Of a DNA stretch of 64,000 nucleotides, positions 14,255-27,480 are shown in pieces (within the stretch, counting starts at the first letter, position 1; each line of letters starts with the position of its first letter). This stretch comes from Adineta vaga. Taxonomy: Eukaryota > Animalia > Rotifera. The position numbers and the translations under genes were made by a program. The stretch lies in the NCBI GenBank assembly GCA_021613535.1, contig CP075496.1, positions 14,136,001 to 14,200,000 of the forward strand, given 5' to 3'. The notes under the pieces are model-generated. The model was not told the DNA's origin. It saw only the letters and a list, made by a program, of their open reading frames with translations, and made no database searches.

Positions 14255-15655
14255 AATGATACTTACCATATGTGCAAGTCGTCTCGATGTTGATATCGAT
14301 TCCGTTGCTCAAAGAATTGTTAAAGTTGCACCAAGCTTAACACAAATATAATTTGAAAAAAAGAAAAAAAAAGAAGTTAAATTGTTATAACATTCTCTGT
14401 TTATTACAAATAAAAAATCTGACAAAAAATTATTACGTGTAAAGATAGAAGTCGACATAAAAAACAACTTGTAAAGGAAATACAAATACAACAACATTGA
14501 ACTTAGTTTATGACAAAAAAGTGATTGAATGAATCATTGACTTGATTTTTATGGTTGTTTATATTCATTACAATGGTGTTGAACATTAACCAATCGATAT
14601 TTTTCTTTGTAACTTACCTATTAGCTAGAGATCGTTGGTTTACATATTTTTATTGGAATAGTTGTTAGCATACAACTCGTAAGAAACGAAGAAAACGAAA
14701 TTTCATGCGGATAGAATCAAATCAAATTAAGAAAAAATCTTGGATCAATGAATACCGTTAGAATTACTATAGTCATCATAGGTTCAATTGTGATATGTTG
14801 AAACTCTGGTTGGTGTAGTAAAATATTTTTTAAGATACAATCTACTCATATATTGTTCGACAAAGAAATTTTTAATTGGGACGAATTTAACTATGTAAAT
14901 GAGACAATTTAATCTATTATTTTATTTAAAATACGAACTAACATAAATCAATAGTTTGTAATATGAAAAATGTCTTTTTGTCTGGATAAATATACATAAA
15001 TCATTTCTACACGAGTTTGTGTATCATTTTTTTAATTATCAGTATCAAATAACAAAGTTGGTAGCAATTTAATATTCATATTCTGTCAACAGTTATTAGA
15101 AAACAGAAATCTCACTTATGGAATTACTATTGTGACACTGGAATCATTGTCTTTGAATGTAATTAATCATAGCGTAACAACAGATGACGTCTGAATGTCA
15201 ACATCGAAAACTGTATAGGTTGCTCACAAATAGAAATTTTCTATTATCTTTTTATGTAGTGCAACGACTACGAAACGTCGAATATCTTATTTGCAGAACA
15301 TTATAGATTTACTCTCAACAATCTAAAATCAGGTTTCATAGTACATGATAATGCAGTTACCACTTCTTTTATAACAAAATTATAATAATTCTACATGCCT
15401 ATTCCATGTATTCTTGATGTTTCTTTTCGATAAAAAAAAGATATTATTCAAGTCTTTTACTCGAAAAATGAAAATCTATATGTAGATAGATTATTAATGA
15501 ATACTTTTTTATGCTTGCTGAATGTTTCATTTTAATTTAACTATAAAAAAAAGAACTTTGAAGAAATCATCAAAGAAAAATATTCAAAACACATTCATAG
15601 AACATTTTCAATCGACTAGAGATATGTAATACATTTTAAGAATAAAACGAACTAT

Positions 15656-18095
15656 TTATGAGTCGGAATTCGTCTCATCGGTTAAACCTCGTCGACGATT
15701 AATTAAAGCACGTTGCCATTCAGGTCTTCCTGTTGCTGATGATGTAGATTGAGAAGATGAACTGATAAATTGATGAGATATCGATGTTGGCATAGCAGAT
15801 AAATGCTAAATTTTATTATTACAATGAATTTTTATTGATTTTATTGATTTGTTTCACTTACGGTTACATATCCTGTTCTTTGCCATGATCTATTTTGATC
15901 AGTTTTTTCCGATAGAAGTACAGGTGCTCCTAACGATTGACTTTGCCGAGATCTTCGATTGCTGAATTTATCATTTGCATTCTCTGTTTCTCTTATATCT
16001 TAAAAAAAAGAAGAAAAAAAAATTCGTTTCATAAAAAGATATTTTTTCTCTCGTTCTTACTGTCTCTTCCAACTTTTCGTAAATTCGATCCAACTCTTCT
16101 AGAAAAAAGAAAAGGAAAGGAGAATATTTCGTTCGATATTTCTTATATATCGGTGAAATGAAAGAAAAAAAAACTAACTACTGAATATTTTCCCCATATG
16201 TTAGTCATGCAAACTAGCGAATGAATATCCTACCTATAATATTTAGTTTATCTTTAGAAAGAAAGAAAAAGTATTAAAAAAATATATCATTTGCAAAAAG
16301 AAACAAACAAACTTACTCGATTTCTTCTTGAAATGCTTGTGCTGTCATATTGCTATTTCGAAGCCATGGTGCATATGTTTGTGATGGTAATTTTGCTCGT
16401 TTTCGATTTCCACTAAGTTGATTTAATGAATCCATACTATGCATAAGTACATTGTCATTCATTGATATTTCACGTCGAGATGCATCATGTTTTTCTACTC
16501 GAGCTCGAAGTTCCGAAAGATCAAAACGTGAATTGATTAATTTGTCCGATGAACTTGTAGTATTATGATAATCTGATTCCGAAACTAAATCATTTTCTTC
16601 AACCTGATTCGATGCATCATATCGTGAAATATTACGTTTTTTCACAACCAATCGAACAACAGTGGCATTTTCTAATTGAATTTTCTTACTATTTTTGGAA
16701 GATTTCTCCGGAAATAATGATGGATTATCACGATGACGAAGATAATAAGCCAGTTCTCGATAACCATATTGTTTAGCTGAATCAATTGCTGTTAATTGAG
16801 CATTATTACGTGTAGTTATTAAACAACCAGCACGTTCTATTAGTATATCACAAGCACCTTGATGACCATTTTCAGCTGCCTAAAATCAATATAAATGATA
16901 TAGTTTCTTATTACTCATCTCATAATTGATAAAACTGAAGGTTAAGTCCTTGAAAAACATCTGATAGTTGTTTCAAATGATTATTGAAAACAAATTGAAT
17001 CGAAGAAAAAAGAAAGTCTATACTAACCACATGTAATGGAGTATTTCCATCACTTGATTTCGTAATTCGAGCTTCTCTTTCTAATAAATAAATTAAAATT
17101 GGTTCACTTCCACTAGCAGCTGCATAATGAAGAGGTGTATTATTTCTATAATCAACAGCATCAGTCGTAGCATTGAGTTTTTCTACCTAATATACAAACA
17201 AAACAATTTTTAATAAATTCCTTAATTGATTTAATTATACCATCCATTGAACAATACTAAGATGTGCATATTGACAAGCTAAATAAATTTTATAAATAAG
17301 AAACGCAAAAAGTTGATTCTATCTTACCAATATGCAAAGAATTCAATCCATTTTCGTTTGTTAATTTATAATTTCCTCCATGTGAAGCTAAAATTTTCAC
17401 GGTTTCCAATGAACCATGTTGACAAGCAAGATGCATTGGTGTTAAAAGAGCTGTTGTCTGTTCATTAACTGTATCTGGTGCTGTAGCTAATAACTTCACA
17501 CAATTTTCATGACCTGATGAAGCAGCATAATGAATCGATTGAAAACTATTATAAGAACGGACATGAGCATCAGCAGCTTCATGATCAATTAGATAATTCA
17601 GAGTTCGTATTGAACCGTAAGCAGCCGCTAAGAACGAAGAAAAGAAAACATTTCAAGGAGAATAGAAAATAATTCGATTTATTTATTACCAAGATGTAAT
17701 AAATTATTTCCATGACCATCACGACTTGTCCAATGAATTTTTTCGGAAAAATTCTGTCGTTTATTTAATTTTTGATATTCAAATATATAATGAAGTGTTT
17801 GAACTTGATCACAAACAGCAGCATCATGCGCACATGTAGCACCATGTTCTGTACGTAATTGACTTAAATCTAAATGTTTATTTTCTATTAAATATTCTAG
17901 AATATTAATGTGACCATAACGAGCAGCATAATGAGCTAATGTTGCACCTTGATTATCTCGTATTGATGGAATTTCTGATGAAGATATTGAATCTAAATTG
18001 ACTCGTAATGTTTTTAAATCACCTTGTTCAGAAGCAGAAAATAAAATGGCATTTTCATTGGAAATTAAACGATCGTTTTTCTTTGCTAAAGCCAT
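15656..18095 (-). CDS. Espin/forked-like ankyrin-repeat protein
   Basis: N-terminal ankyrin array with espin-like signatures (GATLAHYAARYGH, HGATCAHDAA, TPMHLACQHG, TPLHVAAENG); WH2-like EIERVGSNLRKV; C-terminal RPEWQRALI; multi-exon. Confidence 0.75.
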
Positions 18096-19764
18096 TGAAG
18101 AATCAAAGTTTACATTTTATCTAAAGAAGACAAAAAAGAAATGAGCGACACTCAAATTCAACAATATAAATGACGTTCTTTTATTGTCGTTTCTTATCAA
18201 ATGTTAAATATGTGTCTGTTTAATAAAAAAATAATCAATTGATTAATTTTCTGTCAAAGAAAAAACGAATCTTTTTTTTTCTCTTCTTCTATTCATGTCT
18301 AGATTATAAGATACATTAAATAAATAGAACGAGTTATTCAAGGTTAAGAATATAAAACAAATTTGTTATCTTTCTTTTTATCTACCTTTTTTTGTCATTT
18401 ATTCTTTAACTCTCTCTCTCATCAAATTCAAGTAGAATCGGAATAAAAGAAAGAAATATACGAGTTCAACTGTACCATGATCCGAAAGAAGAGATTTTCT
18501 TTGATAATCTTTACCATAAGTAAAAGAAAATGGAATGACTGCAGATGTTCCAAGGACAATGATAAAATGATTCACATCCGAAAGAAAAAAAAAGTAGCAC
18601 ACAGGTAGTCTTATTCTCAAGAACATCCACTAAATTATATAGACGATAGAGGACTCTCGGAGAAATATGAAAGGAAGGAAGAGAAATATCTATTCACCGT
18701 GTCAGAACAAAGAAAATTTTAAGAATGTTATAAACATATTATTCATTTTATGATTTATAGACTTCTTTCTTTTTCAAGTATGTTATATATTTTATATCAA
18801 GTTTTTCATGGTCATAAAATGAAGATAGACAATTTCGTCGATTTCCAATAGAAACGAGTTTTTCGTATGATTTCGTTGTTAAAATTTATTGAAAAATAAA
18901 TCTCTTTTTTGGTACATTTATGATTTTATGATTAAAATGAGTATCGAAGTATAGTTATCTTCATAAGAATTCTTATTTATCCGAATATCATCGTTCATCT
19001 GAACATAAAATTTCATTCAAATGTTTAAACAAACAGTTTGATCTCTTCTTCACAAGAAGATTTGTCCTATCCTATGTAGGTGAGTGTTAATTGAAGTTAA
19101 AAGAGTCGGTTATAATAATCACACACTGAGACAAATTTCATACTGATGAAAATCAAAGATTACAAAATTCATTTACCGACTACGGGAAAAAAAAGAGGAC
19201 AGAATGTTCATATGAGAACATAAAAGATAATTGTCTCCTCATGGAATTCATACATTAAGAACAAGAAGAAATACAACGCGTCACCATGTTTAATATATTT
19301 TCCGAAAGCAATCTCGTTTTCATTCGCTACAATTGAAATAATGTAATCGAGGTCATGTACAGGTCATTGAAAAGAAAAACAAAATATTGCTTTTTCCTTC
19401 AATATTTCTCACCAATAACAAATCGAGAAGATATTTTCCATACATAAGGTCATCTAATAATTTTCAAGTTCGAATAGAGGTGAAAGATATTTTTATGAAA
19501 ATAAAAAGACAAAATTGAATTCTGTTGATATGTTAAACGTTTATTTATTTCGACAAAAAAAACAGATCGTCTAAACTAATCATCGTTTTGTTTTATCTCA
19601 CTCAACACACATGTTTTATTTCGTTTTTTTTATACAAGATTTGACACTCACTCACACACACACACAGAGAAATGTTGACGCTCGTTATTTTTTTAATGTT
19701 TTCAAGAATATCTGACAACTACGAAACTACATGAAAAGTCTTTTTTTAATGCATAATTGTGAAT

Positions 19765-20674
19765 TTATTTGGCTGCTTTCTTTGGTGAGGCAGCTTTTTT
19801 TGGAGCTTTGGGTTTGGCAGCTTTCTTTGCAGCAGCTGGTTTTTTTGTTCCGGCAGCTTTGGGCTTTTTAGCGGTAGTTGCTTTTTTAACTTTAGGTTTT
19901 ACGACTTTTTTTGTTGCAGTTTTTTTTGCACCAGTTGATTTCGTTGCACCTGCTTTTTTGGCTTTAGCTAAAAGAGAAAAATCAAACAATAAAAACATTG
20001 AAAGGAAATTTTGATTGAAAATCTTTACCTTGCGTGGGTTTTTTTGTTACACCAGCAGCTTTTGGTTTTGAGCTTGATCGTGATTTTGTAGCTTTAGCTT
20101 TCTTTGGTTTAGCAGCAGCTGGAGCGGCAGCAGTAGCACCAGTTGATGGTGTTGCTGTTGTTGCAGCTGATGTTGTTGCAGAATTATTTGTATTTGCAGC
20201 AGTTGCGACTTTTTTGGCTGGTTTAGTTCCAGCGGATTTTGAACGAGCACGTTTCTTTGTGCCAGCTGCAGATGTTGTTGAGCCAGTTGGTTTTTTTGTT
20301 TTGGTTGATTTCTTTTTCGCTGGTTTTGCATCACCTGTTGCTAATTTAAATGAACCACTTGCACCATTACCTTTGGTTTGCTTGAAATATTTGGCTTTAA
20401 CACCATTTTTAAGAGCTAATTTAAGATGTTGATTTGCTTGAGCAGGATCAAGATGATAATTAGCCAAGACAAATTTAAGAATAGCAGCACGTGAACTTCC
20501 ACCACGATCATTTAAAGATTTTAATGCGGCTTTAATCATATCGGAATATTTTGGATGTGATGATCCTTGTGCTGATTTAGCTTTTGTTGGTTTTTTTGCG
20601 GCTTTTTTCGGTGATGCACTTGTATTGGCAACATTTTGAACGGATGAAACTGGAGCTGATGTACTTTCGGTCAT
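19765..20674 (-). CDS. Linker histone H1/H5-like, intron-containing
   Basis: Globular domain HPKYSDMIKAAL...RGGSSRAAILKF...KQTKGNGASGSFKL; K/A/P-rich tail with SPKK; intron 19968-20028; apparent 5'UTR introns upstream. Confidence 0.95.
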
Positions 20675-21631
20675 TTTTGATGTAAAGTTCTATTGAAATA
20701 AACAATTTATTCATGTATAATACTGAAATGAAATCAACTAACCTGATGAGAACTGTTGGGTTTAATAGATAATTTGTGTTGTTGAAAATGAAAAGTGAGA
20801 GATGAACTCTGTAGAAAAGAATTCAATAAATAAACAAACGAACAAACAAAAAAAGAAGAAAACACTTACCTAACGTTGTAGCTTGCACGTTGTTATATGA
20901 AATTAATGATGGTTGTGCATGGATATATATATAGATCGTTCGTATCGACTCTCACTTGGGACATGTCTTTGTTCGAATTCTTTTCTCTTTCCTTTCCTTC
21001 GTTTCTCAACCAATTGTTTTGGAAGAGAAATTGATAGAAATTTTTTTGTTCTTTCGATATTTGATGAAATTTCGAAGATTTACGGAAACGATTTCTAATA
21101 CATTTTATATCATTGAATAGAGAACTATTTTTTCTATAAGATAAGCGAAAAATATTTGTAGAATTTTGTTAATTTGATCGAGTTTTAAAGGCAAAAAGTG
21201 GAAAAAACATGAATGAATCGAGTAGATTTTGAGAATATTTTCGATTTTTCGCCGGGAAAACTTTTTCAAACTAAAATCAAACTAAATAGAATCGATAGAG
21301 AAAAGTTTCCTTTACAATTTCATATAAAAATCTCCTTAATTTTTCAATAAAAATCGCATATTTTAATCAAAACAAGGTCGATGAACACGAACAACTTGCG
21401 TTTTTTCATCAGAACTTTTCTCAGAAAATTTCACAGAAAAACTTTTAAAAATTTCTTAAGATTTTCGTATTAAGAAATTCACTAAATATTCTCGTTAAAT
21501 CAAACAAATATTTCTACTTTTATACCCCAATATTACATTACTCAATCGAAATACATCTCATTCGTTTGATAAACAAAATATGTACTTAAACAAAGATAGG
21601 ATAATATTTGACAAAACAAAAAAAAACAAGA

Positions 21632-22549
21632 TTAAACATCAGTTTGTATTGATTCATTTGTCCATCGATTAATTTTTGTAAGAATAAATGTTCGAATGGG
21701 ATTCGTAAATTGAAATAAAGCAATAATTACAAAGACTAATGAAAGATCAACAAAGAAAAACGCAATACGAAAATGATATTTTGGTGGTAAACGAAAAAAT
21801 GATAGAAAATAAAAGAATGTATAAGGTAAACCAAGTGTAATAAGAAAGATAACAAGAAAAACAATTCGACGTACCATTTGTAATTCACGTTGTGCACGTA
21901 ATAGTTGATTAACAGGTGTAATGATTTGACTCATATATTGAATATATCGAACTAATTTAAAATAGATAAGTATTATGAAGAAAATCGGATTTAAATATGC
22001 TAGAAAACATGTATAAAATATCCATAAATATTGTTGAAATGGCATATGACAAACTTGATTATTAAGATCATATTGAATTTGATTTGGAAATAGAAATGGA
22101 AATGGATGAAAAATAGAAAATATCCATGTTAAACAAATCAAAAAGAATTGAAATCGTTCGGATTGATAAAATGTTCGTGAAGGATAAACAACATTCATAT
22201 AACGATATATACTTTGTAATAAATATGAATGACTTCGAACAGCAGATATCGCATAACTAAGATAACCACGAAAAATACAATACGAATCTTTTGTTGAACT
22301 TTGTTTCCAATCATTTTGAAATGTAAATAAAACCATACTCAACATAATTCCTGCAAAGAATGATTCCGAAAGAAAAGAATTACAAAGAAGCATCATAGAG
22401 ACAGTTCGACATTTTTTATCATAAATAATTATAAAAAAAAATAATAAAGCAGTAAAACAAACAAAACTTGTTGATACAATCATTAATAGATCAATCGGAA
22501 TAAACCAAAATTCATTTGTGATTTTTCGAGAACTATTCTCATATAACAT
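21632..22549 (-). CDS. Intronless rhodopsin-like 7TM GPCR
   Basis: Seven hydrophobic segments; YC..RGY before TM3; QSIYRY at the DRY position; LGLPY in TM6; FTNP in TM7. Confidence 0.85.
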   Translation of the reverse strand: MLYENSSRKITNEFWFIPIDLLMIVSTSFVCFTALLFFFIIIYDKKCRTVSMMLLCNSFLSESFFAGIMLSMVLFTFQNDWKQSSTKDSYCIFRGYLSYAISAVRSHSYLLQSIYRYMNVVYPSRTFYQSERFQFFLICLTWIFSIFHPFPFLFPNQIQYDLNNQVCHMPFQQYLWIFYTCFLAYLNPIFFIILIYFKLVRYIQYMSQIITPVNQLLRAQRELQMVRRIVFLVIFLITLGLPYTFFYFLSFFRLPPKYHFRIAFFFVDLSLVFVIIALFQFTNPIRTFILTKINRWTNESIQTDV

Positions 22550-23015
22550 TACGAAGAATTCTAAAAAGAAAGAATAACAATATTTATAATAATTTATTCA
22601 AAAATGAAGACTTAATTAAACTTTTTCTACTCCTCTATAATTAGTATTTTATTTCGAATAGGTATAATTATTCTACTGAAAGGCTTCTCTTCCGTATTTG
22701 ATGAGTGAAGATAAACAAATGACAGCTTATATTTTTAATGCGATATAGTCCTGCACGAGTTTTCTTTTTCTTCCTTTCTTTCTAACTCAATGCACGCATA
22801 TAAAATTCTCATTTTCTGATGTGATCATCATCATCATCATAAGAAACCAAATTGAGAAAATTTGTCATCGATGACATTCAATTCGTAAACAGGATTTTGA
22901 TTATGAAGTTGTCAAGAAGAAGAAAATACGTTTCCCCCTTGTGACGCATGGTCAAACTAATGAATATTTATTTCTTTTTTTACTAATCTCTATTTTTCAT
23001 CCAATGATGATGCAT

Positions 23016-23109
23016 CAAGGGGAAACGGCAGATTCCAGTATTCCGGAACTCCAAACCTATGGGAGTCCATGGAGTCCGTGGAGTCCTGGAGTCTGCTGTT
23101 TCTCCCTTG
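23016..23109. mobile_element. hAT-like MITE (94 bp)
   Basis: Imperfect TIRs CAAGGGGAAACGGCAGATTCCAG / CTGGAGTCTGCTGTTTTCTCCCTTG; exact 8-bp TSD TGATGCAT (23008-23015 and 23110-23117); internal GGAGTCC repeats. Confidence 0.7.
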
Positions 23110-24278
23110 TGATGCATGGTCAAACTAATGAAAATTTATTTCTATTTTTACTAATCTCTATTTTTCATCTCAACAACTCGATAATCACAATCTAAAGGTA
23201 CAGTCAAAATGAAATTTATAATCTAAATTGTTGATGCTTCAATCTTTAATTGATCACTTCTCAAAAAAAACTCGATAATCACTTAAATGACAAAGAAAGG
23301 TGGGGCTTTTAATTCTTGTCCTGATGTTCAGTACAGCCGAGAGTAAAAAACATTTCTTACTTTGATAAAGGTGTGTATTAAAGTCTACAAGACATTTTGT
23401 ATAATCTATCGTAAGAAGTGATGTAATATCATGTATGATCTATTTAAATTAGAAAAAAAAAATAACTTCATGACAGATTATTCAACTTGACGATGATCAA
23501 TGTTGTGTTTAAACTTATTCTTAGATGATAATCCTTTTTTAACAATCAATAATAACGTATTGATTCATACTGCTTGTTACTAATTGTCGAAATTCTGAAA
23601 TATATCTATACATTTGATTACTCATAGACGAATGATATGAATTATATCGAAAATAATTGAATTCTTAATAAGATTAATCAATGCATTTTATATTGATTTG
23701 TTCAGTATTAATGTGATCTATGAATAATTTTGAAAAAAATTTTCATTCCTTAAGTTAAATAATATTTCCTATTAATGAATCTATTAATAAATTATATGAT
23801 TAATTCGGTTTTATATTGAAGATTTTAATTAAGAGCGCTAGAAAGGTAATCGCTTGTGAAATAATCATCTATTAATGAAGACTTAGGAAAAAAGTGCATT
23901 TTCATATCAGAAATAATGTTTAAAAAAAAGATAAGAGAAATTGTTATAAAGTACTTCAGCGAACATATATTCCTGTGTCTTATACGCATATTCTATTGAA
24001 TGGAACGTACCAGGAGTTTAAGGTAGAATCGGATGGAATGAAGTTTTTATTGCTTCGATTACGATTACATTGTGGAAGAAGTGAACTAGTTGTCATTCCG
24101 ATCGCGGTTCATCTTAATTCGTTTTATAACATATAATTATATGTCAAATTTGACAGTTGTCTTCATTTAACCGATTCAACAAGATACATCTTTTCTTATG
24201 ATTCTCATCTTCTAAATAAGTGTGATTATGTTTTATTAGATTTATTATTATTTATTGAAAAGAACTGATAGTTATAGT

Positions 24279-25220
24279 TTAATATATAAAATTTTTTAAA
24301 TTGGGTATTGGATAATTAAATACTTGAAAATCGGGTTTGTAATAATCAATTAAAACATTGAAATCATCATCATTACTTATTATTTTTCTAAAAAATTGAG
24401 TCAATTTTGAATCATTGAAATAAATTTGATTAGTTTGTTTTTTATCAAGTTCTTTTGATGGAAATTCGAGATGATTTTGATTGGAATTTTCATTAAATTT
24501 CTTGAGTAAAACTTTTCTATCATGATGAAAGTTTTCAATTTTACCAATAAAATCATAATTAATCAAACAAAATGCACATCGATGAACGATTTGTTCCCAA
24601 TGACTATTGATTAATCGTTTTTTTCTTATTGAATCAATAATATACAAAAGAAATGTTCGTAAATCTAATCGTATATCATATCGTCTTATCTTAATTAATG
24701 TATAATTTCTATTCATTTCTAATAAAATATCTTCTTCCATCTGTTTCCAACCGAATAAAGTATCATCAAGATGATTATTAACAAATTTATCATAATAAAC
24801 CGAATAAATTCGTTGAAATGGATGACGAACAAGAAGAAATTTAAAAACATTCTTTTCAGAATTTTGAAATAATTGATCAAATGTATTTTTTGTTAAATAA
24901 TATTTCTTAAAAAAACTTTCATAATCGATCCAAATCTGTTTTCGATCAAGATAAATATATGAATTTGATTGATTAAAATATCCAATAATTAAACGTCGAA
25001 GATTTGTTGATGCCGCTTTTGGTACATCACAAAAGAGAATGTTTAACGATGAAATATAAACGAAATTTGAATAGAATTTTTCATCGATTGTGATGTTATT
25101 TGTTAAACAATATTCATCGGATTGAGATTTCAATTGATTTTTGTGAAAAGTTAAATAAATGAGTAAGGTTAGAAGAGTTAAATTCAAAATACAAATCAAT
25201 CGACGACGATGTCGAAACAT
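24279..25220 (-). CDS. Carbohydrate sulfotransferase (Sulfotransfer_2; CHST8-14/HNK-1ST family)
   Basis: Type II signal anchor after MFRHRRR; 5'-PSB CDVPKAASTN; 3'-PB VRHPFQRIYSVYYDKF; NSHWEQ; YDFIGKIE; YKPDFQVFNY. Confidence 0.92.
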   Translation of the reverse strand: MFRHRRRLICILNLTLLTLLIYLTFHKNQLKSQSDEYCLTNNITIDEKFYSNFVYISSLNILFCDVPKAASTNLRRLIIGYFNQSNSYIYLDRKQIWIDYESFFKKYYLTKNTFDQLFQNSEKNVFKFLLVRHPFQRIYSVYYDKFVNNHLDDTLFGWKQMEEDILLEMNRNYTLIKIRRYDIRLDLRTFLLYIIDSIRKKRLINSHWEQIVHRCAFCLINYDFIGKIENFHHDRKVLLKKFNENSNQNHLEFPSKELDKKQTNQIYFNDSKLTQFFRKIISNDDDFNVLIDYYKPDFQVFNYPIPNLKNFIY

Positions 25221-25590
25221 TTGATTGAAGACACACACACAAAACAAAAACTGTTCTTTTCTTTCAAAAGTAAATAAATAACGAAGTTTGTTCTTCTTAT
25301 GTACAGTAAATATATTCAAGAATGAATCATTACAATTGACAAATCAACGATTTTTTATCGTAAATCTTTTTATTTTAAAGATTTCAAGGACAACAAATAA
25401 ACATATAAATAGAATCAATAACCCTGTAGTAGCACTTCAAACATCTACATGAACATTAAAAAAAAAAGAAAAGACGTTAAATGAGAACCGGCTATGAACA
25501 TTGTCGATAAATTCTCTTTTTAACTGATAGTTCGTTTTTTATTTGTCTTTACTTAAATCAAAATAGATAAAATAACGAGAAGAAAAGTGT

Positions 25591-27051
25591 TCATTCAAAT
25601 AGAGCAACACCAACCATGATAAGAACACCCATAATCAAAGCAATCATTTCTAAAATTGATTGTTTTAATCCACTATTTGTTTCTAATAATTCCGGAATAA
25701 CACTAACAGTTGCAATATAAATAAATCCACCAGCTGTAATAGGAAGAAATGTTTGTGTTGCCCAAACTTCTGCACCAGCTGAATGAAATAATAAACCAAT
25801 TAAACAACCAAGTAAAGCACCTATTGCTGTTGTTAATTGTAGAAGTATTGCCTGAAATGAAAGTTGCAATCAATGAAACAAACAGATTTGAAAACAAACC
25901 TTTTTTCGACTACAACCATTTTGAATTAAAATAGCATAATCACCAATTTCATGAGGAATTTCATGAAGAAAGATTGTTAAAGTAGTTGTTAAACCTTAAA
26001 TTAAAAGAAAGTTTGAATATAAAATCAAGTTTAGTAAAGTTTACTTACCAACTTTTCGTCCAAGTAAATAAGTTGAACCAATGGCTAAACCATCAGTAAA
26101 ATTATGAAGACCATCAGCAATTAAATTTAAATAACCGGATATTTTCATTCTTGATTCTGGTACAACTTCTAAAATAACGGAAAATTTTCTTTCAAATCTC
26201 GAAATCAAACGAAATTCAAACCTGTTTTCTTTACTGATTTTTTGTCTTTCTTCTTCTTCTTATCGTTAGGATCATCATCAGTATCATCAGGAGTGACAGG
26301 TGTAGTTACTTCATGAGAATGACTATGACTATGAGAATGTCCATGACCTTGAAATAGATTGATAAACTAAACAATAGATCGGAATGATTAATTTACCTTT
26401 AACGTGTCGAACAAATTTTTCAACAATAAGAAAAAGAAAGATTCCAAGAAGAATATATAAACCAACTTGAATATCACCAGCATGATTATGATCATGAGAA
26501 TGTGAATGAGAATGACCATGTCCATTGTTATCACCATATGCTGACATTGCATGAGGAATTAGATGAAGAAATGCATCACCTAATAAACCACCTGATGCAA
26601 AACTTAAAAGAATTTTTAAGAATGATTGATCTTTTGGACTATCCGTAACACGTATAAAAGCTAAGATCACCACCGGTGCTAAACTTATTCCAACTGTTGA
26701 TAATAATGCCCATGTTATAACAGAAAATGGTGCAACTTTTTCATCATCATCATCATCACTATCACTATCACTTCCGTCGTTGTAATGTGGTGGAGCATAA
26801 GTAACTGATTCTTCATGATGTGCATGTCCATGATGGGCTTCATTGGCTTCACGAGAGTATTTAAACGATGGTGGTTCATCATGTGCGTGTCCGTGATCAT
26901 GTCCATGATCGTGCGCATGTCCATGTCCATGCCCATGATCATGAGCATGTCCATGTCCATGATCATGGGAATGACCATGACCATGAGAATTTATCTTACA
27001 AATTAAGATTCCTAAAGTTATGAAAACAAGAAGAAGAAGTCGTCGAGTCAT
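25591..27051 (-). CDS. SLC39A7: Zinc transporter ZIP7/KE4/Catsup (LIV-1 subfamily)
   Basis: Signal peptide; His-rich N-terminus; [21 protein letters not shown]; [20 protein letters not shown]; [14 protein letters not shown]; TAGGFIYIA. Confidence 0.95.
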
Positions 27052-27480
27052 GATCTAGAAATATGAATATACAATTTTATGTAAAACATGGCAATGTTTA
27101 TTTTTAGTTACAAAAGTCCGCATCTCTCTGAAATTATGCTTGAAAATGATATGAATATTTATTCCTGATTATTTTCATTGAAAAAAACAAACTTTCTACG
27201 TCAAATTTCTACGAACACTACGAAAAATCTAAAAACAAATTACAAACAAAATTGTTGCGTATTTTCAACCCGTCAATCCTTTCTTTTCTTCATAAATCTA
27301 CAAAACAGTGACAAATATTTCTTATCTAACAAATTACTGTATATATATATACACACACACAAGTCATATGTGAAACTACGTCATCAAAATGAACTCGAGA
27401 AAAATGAGCTAAGTAAACCTTTTTGATGATTATCAATTATATCACAGTATTAAAAGACAAATTCTGAATAGAAATCGATT

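Noticed and set aside
19769-20432. Ala/Phe-rich plus-strand ORFs
   Set aside because: Antisense shadows of the Lys/Ala-rich H1 tail.
26715-27006. Met-rich ORFs overlapping ZIP7
   Set aside because: Alternative-frame or antisense readings of His/Asp codon repeats; the same applies to 1552-1846 and 3094-3350 within LTV1.
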